Shown one piece after another: positions 56,115-64,000 of a stretch of 64,000 bases of DNA. Every line of letters begins with the position of its first letter. The first letter of the stretch is position 1. Under the pieces are notes generated by a model. That model was not told the DNA's origin, did no database searches, and worked only from the letters and a program-made list of their open reading frames with translations. Position numbers and translations under genes: made by a program. Source of the stretch: an uncultured Planctomycetota bacterium (GTDB taxonomy: Bacteria > Planctomycetota > Planctomycetia > Isosphaerales > Isosphaeraceae); contig CAWJTV010000047.1 of NCBI GenBank assembly GCA_963845755.1, positions 1 to 64,000 on the forward strand. The letters run 5' to 3'.

Positions 56115-57270
56115 TTGCGTTTCAAAACCTGCCAGTCGCCTGGTTACAGCTCAGCCACGGTCGGACGAAGCTGCTGGCCGCCGTCGTGGGAATCGTCTTC
56201 GCCGACCTGTTGATGTGGATGCAGCTCGGCTTCCTCGACGCGGCACTGGCCAGCTCGACGTCCGTCTACGGAAAACTGCGCGGCGAACTGGTCGCGATCC
56301 ATCCGCGGTCGTACGAGATTAATGGCATGGAGCCATTTGCGCGCCGGCTGCTGGCGCGGCGCATGGGCATCCGGAGGTCCGCTCGCTCGCCCCCCTCTCC
56401 ACCGGTATGGCCCGCTGGAAGGATCCGTGGACCGGGGATAAGCGGCCCTTGTTCGTATACGGTATCGTGCCGTATGCGCCGGCGATCTCAGGCACAGGGG
56501 TGTCGGAGTCGTCGGGAAAACTCTACGCCGCCGATACGTGCCTCTTCGACCTCCGGGGCCGCCCGGAGTTCCGCAAGGCCGCAGCCGAGGCCGAGGCCGG
56601 CCAGAACCTGGTGGCTGAGGTGAACGGGCGGCGGATCTGGGTGGTCGGAACAACCACGATCGGCGCCAGCTTCGCCGTGGATGGCAACCTCGTTACCAGC
56701 GATGCCAACTTCCAACGCCTGTTCCCTGGCCGATCTTCCGGCTCGATCGACGTTGGTGTGATCGGGCTGACCTCGGGGGCCGACACCCAGCAGGTCAAGG
56801 CCGAGCTCCAGCAACTCTTCGGCAGGGATCTCCTCGTCCTGACGATCGAGGAGTTCGCCAATCGCGCCAAGGACTTCATCCTGCGCTCCCGGCCGATCAC
56901 GTTCATCTTCTCTTTGGGTGCGCTGGTCGGCTTCCTCGTCGGCTTCGCCATCGTCTACCAGGTACTGTTCACGGACGTGAGCAGCCATCTGCCTCATTAT
57001 GCCACGCTCAAGGCCATAGGCTACCCGGACCGGTCGCTGCAACGCATCGTCCTCAATGAGGCGTTGATCTTGTCGATGCTGGGCTATGTCCCAGGGGTGG
57101 CATTCGCCTGGGCCCTCTACGCCTTCACGGTGAAGGCGACCAATTTGCCGATGCGGATCTCGCTCGAACGCGGCGCCCTCATCTTTGGGCTCACCGTGGT
57201 GATGTGCAGCCTATCGGGATTGCTGGCAATGCGCAAGCTCCGCCAGGCCGATCCGGCGGACGTATTCTGA
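56111..57270 (+). CDS. DevC-like ABC permease (frameshifted near 56360-56400)
   Basis: VAWLQL, FADLLMWMQLGF, YATLKAIGY, ADPADVF. Confidence 0.85.
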
Positions 57271-57284
57271 AACAGGAGGTTGGG

Positions 57285-58034
57285 ATGGAACTCGCCTTTC
57301 AGAAATCGCGGACGACGCCGGTCCAATGGGGCCGATCTCGGGACAGCGAGCCGGTCGTGCGAATTCGCGGGTTCGATTTCTCCTACCACGATAGCGGCCT
57401 GCGGAACCAGGTGCTCTTCGACATCAACCTGGACCTCTGGCCGGGAGAGGTTGTGCTCCTGACCGGGCCGTCTGGATGCGGCAAGACCACCCTGCTGACC
57501 CTGATCGGCGGCCTGCGCACCGTCGAGACCGGGGAGCTTACCGTGCTGGAACACGCGCTGCACGACTGCGACCCCGACGAGCTGGTCGAGGTCCGGCGTC
57601 GGATCGGATTCGTCTTCCAGTTGCACAACCTCCTCGAGTTCCTGACGGCGCGACAGAACGTCCAGATGGCCTTGCAACTGCACCCCGAATGGACGCGCGG
57701 GGAGTGGGAGACACGTGCCGTGCGCATGTTGGAGGAGGTCGGGCTGGGCCCCTGGCGGGATGCCTTTCCGGCCCATCTCTCGGGCGGACAGAAACAGCGC
57801 GTCTCGATCGCCCGCGCCCTGGCAAGCGATCCCTGCCTGGTGCTGGCCGATGAGCCGACCTCGGCGCTGGACGGCCAGACCGGCCGCGAGGTCGTCGAGC
57901 TCCTCATGCGACTGGCCCGCGAACGGGGCTGTCCGATTCTGATGGTGACTCACGACAACCGGATCGCGGATGTGGCCGACCGGGTCATCGCGATGGAAGA
58001 CGGCCGGATCGTCGAACATGAAGGCCGATCGTAG
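57285..58034 (+). CDS. DevA-like ABC ATPase
   Basis: GPSGCGKTT, LSGGQKQR, DEPT, VTHD. Confidence 0.9.
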   Translation: MELAFQKSRTTPVQWGRSRDSEPVVRIRGFDFSYHDSGLRNQVLFDINLDLWPGEVVLLTGPSGCGKTTLLTLIGGLRTVETGELTVLEHALHDCDPDELVEVRRRIGFVFQLHNLLEFLTARQNVQMALQLHPEWTRGEWETRAVRMLEEVGLGPWRDAFPAHLSGGQKQRVSIARALASDPCLVLADEPTSALDGQTGREVVELLMRLARERGCPILMVTHDNRIADVADRVIAMEDGRIVEHEGRS

Positions 58035-58099
58035 CGGCCCGGGTCGTCAGATCCTCCCGATGCCATGAGCGGCAAAACAAGGCCGTGATCCGGGTCGCG

Positions 58100-59718
58100 T
58101 CAATTCTCCTCCAGGGCGGCATCCGGGTCGAGATGGGGCTCGAGACCGTTGAGGAGGGCCTTGAGCCGTTCGGCCGCACGGCGCGGGCTTGTAGCCTGGA
58201 CCACGGCACTGCTGACGGCGATCCGCCGGGCGCCGGCCTCGACGACACGGCCGACGTTTTCCTCGCGGATCCCGCCGATGGCGAACCAGGGCAGGGACGT
58301 CGATTCGGCGGCGTGCTGAACGTACGACAGCCCGGCGAGCTCGGGCTCGGAGAACTCCTTGGTGGGGCTGGGGAAGACCGGACCGACGCCCAGGTAGCTG
58401 GCGCCGCCCAGTACGGCGGCGTCGAGCTGCTCGCGGTCGTGGGTCGAGACGCCGACGTGTGCCGCCGCGCCCAGGACCCGGCGCACGTCGCGGACCGAGA
58501 CATCATCCTGGCCGACGTGGACGCCGTCGCAGCCGGCCAGCCGGGCGAGGTCCGCGCGGTCGTTCATGATCAGCGGGATGCGCGCCTCGGCCGTGACGAT
58601 CCGGACTTCCCGCGCGGCGCAGCCGTTCGCGGTCCGGCACGCCCTTCTCGCGGTACTGGATCACATCGGCACCGCCGGCAATCGCTTCTTCCACGACCCA
58701 CCTCACGTCGCCGAGCGTTGGCAGGCCGCCGACGAGGACCATTAACTGGGCATCGCCCAGCACCCGCTGCGCGGCGACTGCGGTCATCGTCAGCTTCTCG
58801 ACGGTGTAAACGTCGTAGCGCAGGACTTCGAACCGCCCGGCCAGCCAGACGTCCACCAGCTTGCTATATTCTTCGAGCGATCGCAGGGCCTCGGCGATCC
58901 GCTTGAAGTTCGCGGCCAGAACGGCGCGAGGGTTCTCGCGGATCCTTTCGGATCGCGTCATGATGTGCGTGCCGACGTCTTCCCGGGTGTCTGCGCGCGT
59001 CGATCAGGAGGCAGGTATCCAGCCCGCGCTCGGCCTCGGCCAGCCGATGGCGGATCTCCTTGAGGCGCCGCGTCAGGCCCGGATCGTCGAGTGCGAAACG
59101 GACGTAATCCTCGACGACGCGCAGGCCTTCGCGTGCCCGATTGGCCGAGGCGTCGAGAATCCGGGCCAGGTCGACACCGCCGGGTTCGGCCAGATCCAGC
59201 GGGGGAATCTCCTCGGCCATCGGAATTGGCGACGATTCGATCACGACGACATCAGCCAGGCGATCGAGCAACGCCTCGGAATCCAGGCCGGTGACTCGGA
59301 GCAGCTCGGCGGCCTCGTCGCAGGCCGAGATCAGCCCGGCCAGGAGATGCTCGGTACCGACCTCGCGCCGGCGATCGAGTCCGCGCGCCTGGGCCATGGC
59401 CTCGCCCAGGACCAATCGCAAGTCCGACGATTGCGCGAGCCGCGCCGGCCGCTCCGGATCGCTCGGCCAGCCGGATTCCACCGGCTCGATTTCCGAGAGC
59501 ATCTCGCTCAACTCCAGCCCCAGGGCCGCCCAGAGCCGGCTCGTCTCCAGACCGAACTCGGCCATGAGCTCCGCGGCCCGGCTCTCGGTCTCGAGGGTCA
59601 GAGCAGCCAGTAAGTCCAGCGGTTCGACCAGTTTCGAACCGCGACGACACGCGACTCGCTCGGCTCTCGTCAAGGCGCGCTCTGCACCGGCAGTGTACGA
59701 TTCCAACATCAGGACCAT
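58100..59718 (-). CDS. thiE: Clp N-terminal domain fused to thiamine-phosphate synthase (frameshifted)
   Basis: Clp-N repeats (GTEHLLAGL); RILDASANRAREGLRVVED; QYREK, NDRAD, GVHVGQDD, FAIGGI. Confidence 0.85.
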
Positions 59719-59903
59719 GACTCCTTCGTAACACGCCAGATCCGGCGGATCCTCGGATTGGCCGTCTCGATCGCGGCACGACCCAACGGCTCCCGACTTC
59801 CGCCATCTTGAAATTCTCGAGCCACCGTACCATCATTTAAGTAGATTCGCTCAGCAACTTTCGTCTGGAGTCCTCGCACGCGATCAGCCTCCATTCAACC
59901 CGA

Positions 59904-60587
59904 GTGCATCGCGGCGACTCGATAGACTGTATCTTCCCGCCCTCACTGCCTCACGCACAAGGAACCCCCACCGTGTTCGATCGGTCGCTCCTCTTGACCT
60001 CGTTCGGCGCCCTGACGGCGCTCCTGATCCTCGCTCCGCTGTCTGTGTTCTCCGCCGACGACCCCGCCAAGAAGCCGGCCTCCGTCCTGGATTTTCACGT
60101 CAAGGATATCGACGGTAAGGACGTGGACCTGGCCAATTACCGGGGCAAAGTCCTCCTGATCGTCAACACCGCCAGCCAGTGCGGCTTCACTCCCCAGTAT
60201 AAGGACCTGGAGGCGATCTACGAGAAGTATAAGGAACAGGGCTTCGAAGTCCTCGCCTTCCCGGCCAACGAGTTCGGCTCCCAGGAACCTGGCGACAATC
60301 CACAGATCAAGGAGTTTTGTTCCACGAAGTACAAGGTCAGCTTTCCCCTGTTCTCGAAGATCGTCGTTGATGGCCGCGAGACCCACCCCCTCTACCAGTT
60401 CCTCACGAACAAGGAAAGTGACCCCAAATTCGCCGGCAAGATCCGCTGGAATTTCACCAAGTTTCTCGTGAACCGGAAGGGAGAAATCGTCGATCGCTTC
60501 AAACCGGACGATAATCCTTCGACCAAGAAGATCACCGGGGCGGTCGAAAGGCGCTGGCGGAAAAGTAAGCGCAACCATCTTGCATGA
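59904..60587 (+). CDS. Glutathione peroxidase family protein
   Basis: VNTASQCGFT, FPANEFGSQEPG, WNFTKFL. Confidence 0.92.
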   Translation: MHRGDSIDCIFPPSLPHAQGTPTVFDRSLLLTSFGALTALLILAPLSVFSADDPAKKPASVLDFHVKDIDGKDVDLANYRGKVLLIVNTASQCGFTPQYKDLEAIYEKYKEQGFEVLAFPANEFGSQEPGDNPQIKEFCSTKYKVSFPLFSKIVVDGRETHPLYQFLTNKESDPKFAGKIRWNFTKFLVNRKGEIVDRFKPDDNPSTKKITGAVERRWRKSKRNHLA

Positions 60588-61054
60588 GTGCCTTCACACG
60601 GGGCGAGGCCGACTCGCGGTCTGGTCATACAAAGACCGGCTGAGATCGGCCTTGGCCCCGTTTATATTGGAGGAACGAAACGACGGAACTCCGGAACTCG
60701 AAACCGGTATTTCCCATCCGAGCCGTTATGCCGCATGATGACTTCGAGGGGCTCACGCGATCCGATCTTGGAGATATGCCTTGGCGGCAGTCTGGCTGGT
60801 GCTGGCGCTTTCGGGCCGGTGGCGGCCGGAAAAATCGTGGATCGACCGGCTTGGCCGAGTCCTCGGGGTGATTTGGATCCTGATCACGGTCCTGGCAGCA
60901 TTGCCTGTGTGAACGACCACAGGGTCGCTGAGTTGGACACGTTCGGCGTTCGACTCTCAGCATGAGAGCGGCCCGGGATCGGCTCTCGATCCGAGTTGTT
61001 CCCATGGCATCAATCCGAGACGGATGCCTGTGCTGAAACCTTCGGCGCTCACGC

Positions 61055-63100
61055 TCATTCCTGCCGCTCGGTGACCATCGCGACTGGTGCCGAGGACGGG
61101 TGAGTGACGACGGGCGGACGGACGGCCGAGTGGGGCGGCCGGGCTGGCAGGCGGATGAGGAACCGCGAGCCCAAACCCGGCTGGGACTCAACCTCGATGG
61201 TGCCGCCATGCGATGCGATGATTCCGTAGCTGATCGCCAGCCCGAGTCCTGTCCCCTGTCCGATCGGCTTGGTGGTGAAGAACGGCTCGAAGATCCGGCT
61301 ACGGACCGTCGGATCGATGCCGTGCCCGTCGTCCGCGACCGACAGGTCAACCCCGCCGCAGGTCCCGGCGCGTGTACTCACCCGCACCGTCCCACCAGGG
61401 TTGCAGGCGTCCACGCCATTGGAAACCAGGTTGAGCACGACCTGGTTGATCTTAGCGGGATAACAGCAGATCGCCGGCAGGGGCGCCAGATCCTCGATCA
61501 GGGTGACGCCCCGCGCGGCGGCGTGACTCTGGAGGATCCAGAGCGTCGGCCCGACGCTTTGATTGATGTCGGCTTCCTTCAGCTCGGCCTCGTCGAGCCG
61601 GGCGAAATCCCGGAGGTCCTTGACGATCTGCTGGATCCGCCTGAGACCCTCGCGCGATCGTGTCATCAGCGCGGGGACATGCTCCAGCACATAAGTCAGG
61701 TCCATCTGGTCGGCGAGCTCGCGAATGCGGGTCGATAACCCGTGCTGGTGCTGCTCCAGGGTCCCTTCGGCTTCCTGATAGAGACGGATCAGGTTGTGGA
61801 GCTGGCCGACATCGCGCTGCAATACCGCGACGTTGTTGGTGACGAAGGCCAGAGGATTGTTGATCTCGTGGGCCACTCCGGCGACGACCTGGCCCAGGGA
61901 CGAGAGACGCTCGGATTGCACGAGCTGAGCCTCGGCGCGCTTGAGGTCCTCGTGTGCGGCCTGGAGCTCCTCGTGCGCGATCCGCACGGATGCCGCCGTC
62001 CGCGCGAGCTCTTCGGCCGATGCCTGCAACTGACCATGACGTTCTTCCAGCAGCGTCTTGGCCTGGATGAGCTCGCGGGTCCGATCGAGGACGCGACTCT
62101 CGAGCCGCTCGTTGGCGCGGCGCAGCTCCTCTTCGGCTCGTTCGAGCTGGCCGCCGATCCGCCCGGCGAACATGGCGCACAGGAAGGCCGCGATCACCAC
62201 CGCGATCGCCACGGAGCCGAAAGACGCGATCGCCATCCACGAGCGCGGCGCGAGCCAGGCCATCGACAGCGTCAGCCAGTCAGAGACCAGAACGAGTGCC
62301 ACGGTGAACGGGAGGAAGGCGCGAAGCAGCCTGGCACGGATCGAAGAGCCCACCATTTCCCTCAGCGGCGTGGCGGCCGGCCCCGCGGCCCCGACCACGC
62401 CGATGCCCAGCAGCAAAAAACCGACTGCCGTGTTCAAGGCCATCGGAATCAGCGGACCTCCGTAGAGCAGCGGAGCCGCATAGGCGTAGCCCATGACGAA
62501 GATCGTCCCCGAGGTCGCGACCACCAACCCACCGACCCCCGCACGATCTCTCGCGACGGCCCCTCCGGAGCAGGCCAACATCAGGACGGACATGCTCGCG
62601 ACTTCGAACGTCAATGCCGTGAAGAGTGCCATCTTGCCGACCGGGGCCAGGCCGAGTCGTTCGACCGGCGTCCTGAAGAACCAGGTGTTGACTTCGATCG
62701 CGAATGGTAAGACATATTCGGCCAGTCGCAAGCCCGCCAGCATCGCGACGATCATCACAAGTGCGGCGGCGTATCGCGAGCGGATCCGGCCGTTCGAAGG
62801 ACCGGGGAGCGCCACCAGAGCGAAGCCCATCAGCATGAAGGCGATTGCCGTGTTCGGGGCCATCGGAATGAACTGGGGATGGATTCCCGCCAGGGCGCGT
62901 TGCTGGGTGAGCCAGCCGACAAGTGCCAGCAGTCCGATGACGGCGACCGCCAGCCCCGATCCTGTCTTTAGCCTTGTCCAGACGAGTTGGGACACTTCGG
63001 GATCCCCCATCATGACCTGCTTGGCCGCCAGGCATCGGCCGAGGACCTTGAGATCATACGATGAGTGTGATCTGAGCCCGATGGGCTTCGCAAGATTCAA
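61055..63100 (-). CDS. Membrane sensor histidine kinase
   Basis: [34 protein letters not shown]. Confidence 0.92.
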   Translation of the reverse strand: MNLAKPIGLRSHSSYDLKVLGRCLAAKQVMMGDPEVSQLVWTRLKTGSGLAVAVIGLLALVGWLTQQRALAGIHPQFIPMAPNTAIAFMLMGFALVALPGPSNGRIRSRYAAALVMIVAMLAGLRLAEYVLPFAIEVNTWFFRTPVERLGLAPVGKMALFTALTFEVASMSVLMLACSGGAVARDRAGVGGLVVATSGTIFVMGYAYAAPLLYGGPLIPMALNTAVGFLLLGIGVVGAAGPAATPLREMVGSSIRARLLRAFLPFTVALVLVSDWLTLSMAWLAPRSWMAIASFGSVAIAVVIAAFLCAMFAGRIGGQLERAEEELRRANERLESRVLDRTRELIQAKTLLEERHGQLQASAEELARTAASVRIAHEELQAAHEDLKRAEAQLVQSERLSSLGQVVAGVAHEINNPLAFVTNNVAVLQRDVGQLHNLIRLYQEAEGTLEQHQHGLSTRIRELADQMDLTYVLEHVPALMTRSREGLRRIQQIVKDLRDFARLDEAELKEADINQSVGPTLWILQSHAAARGVTLIEDLAPLPAICCYPAKINQVVLNLVSNGVDACNPGGTVRVSTRAGTCGGVDLSVADDGHGIDPTVRSRIFEPFFTTKPIGQGTGLGLAISYGIIASHGGTIEVESQPGLGSRFLIRLPARPPHSAVRPPVVTHPSSAPVAMVTERQE

Positions 63101-63110
63101 CGGAGTCGTA

Positions 63111-64000
63111 CTAACGGTCCTCCGGATTGCTGACCGTAGCGGGCGGCTCGCGGCCTGGCGGGCGGATGCCGGGGGTCACGTCGCCTTCCGTGGGGATCGT
63201 GGGATCGTCGTAGAGCCGCAGGTATCGGTAATAAACTTCCAGCGTTAGCGCGGCGAGCGTCGTGCAGTAGATCCGGCCGCCCTTGGAGCCGTAAAGGCTC
63301 TCATCGGGGTCCCAGCTCCCGGTCTGGTGGCCCGAGGTGGCGCTGGAGGTTGACGATCCGGTCGCGGATGCGGTTGTTCCACCGGGTCCAGGGTTCGCCG
63401 CCATGCTGATAGAGCGCCAGCGTCGCATAATACCAGTAATAGATGTTCGTCGGCCCGCGGTCCGAATCGTTGCGAAGCAGGAACTCGGCGGCCTCGGCAC
63501 TGGCCGGTCCGGGCCCACCGACGCCCAGGAACTGGCGGCAGACCCAGGCCTCGGCGGTCATCGTGGGCGTGACCGGCTCGCCGGGCTGATAGCGCGCCAG
63601 GCCGCTGGACTGTCCCGAGGCCACCTTCTCCAGCCAGAGCAGCGTGCCGCGGCGGACCGACGCCTCGTTGGGGATCGGGATCCCGACCTCCTTGGCCGAC
63701 TTCAATCCCATGACGACCCAGCCGAGGATGCTCGTGTCGCCGACCGGGTGCGCCGGAGCATAGCGCCACGCGAGGCCATCCTTGGCCCGGGCGCGGACCA
63801 CGAACGCGACGGCCCGCGTGGCGGCCTCGCGAAGCCGCGAGTCGCCCGTCAAGGCGTAGCCTTCGCAGAGGGCCAGGGTCGCCATCGCGTGGCAGTACAT
63901 CCCGACAACCCGGCTTCGTCCGCGCAGATCGCCGTCGGGCTTCTGCTCGGACATGAGGAAGTCGAGCCCCTTTCCCACGGTCTCCGAGTATCGTCCCTGC
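63111..64000 (-). CDS. Prenyltransferase/squalene oxidase repeat protein (partial, frameshifted)
   Basis: MYCHAMATLAL, WRY, YYWYYAT, GSWDP, LEVYYRY. Confidence 0.8.

Noticed and set aside
59904..60587. Selenoprotein glutathione peroxidase, given nearby selA
   Set aside because: The active-site codon is TGC (ASQCG), not TGA.
60600..61050. Possible structured ncRNA between the peroxidase and kinase genes
   Set aside because: One frame reads WLVLALSGRWRPEKSWIDRLGRVLGVIW, which looks like a membrane-gene remnant; the single hairpin is not diagnostic.

Overview
GC-rich bacterial DNA, most likely a Planctomycete (DUF1501 and PSD1/planctomycete cytochrome c genes, a TPR/alpha-CTD protein). Many genes carry single-base indels that look like sequencing or assembly error. 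Positions 1-23830 hold a minus-strand integron cassette array with 10 attC sites, an attI-like site, a Pc-like promoter and only an N-terminal relic of intI. The cassettes are rich in toxin-antitoxin and HNH nuclease genes. Three kinds of mobile element have colonised the array. (1) Four copies of an HNH-bearing group II intron sit in cassette-sense orientation inside the attC R' core (GTTAGG^C). The intron's EBS1 loop (CCUAAC) is exactly complementary to that core, and two copies form a seamless head-to-tail tandem. (2) Two IS110-family elements are inserted at the AGA of the attC R'' box. (3) A 2-kb large-serine-recombinase element with perfect 24-bp terminal inverted repeats is nested in the RT gene of one intron copy. 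Positions 24.6-64 kb are mostly housekeeping or accessory genes (apgM-like mutase, lysC, argG, tgt-yajC-secDF, birA-pyc, selA, MFS, DMFase-like protein, DUF1501/PSD1, devBCA-like ABC exporter, thiE fusion, glutathione peroxidase, histidine kinase). This part also holds a 424-bp MITE-like element and REP-like repeats.
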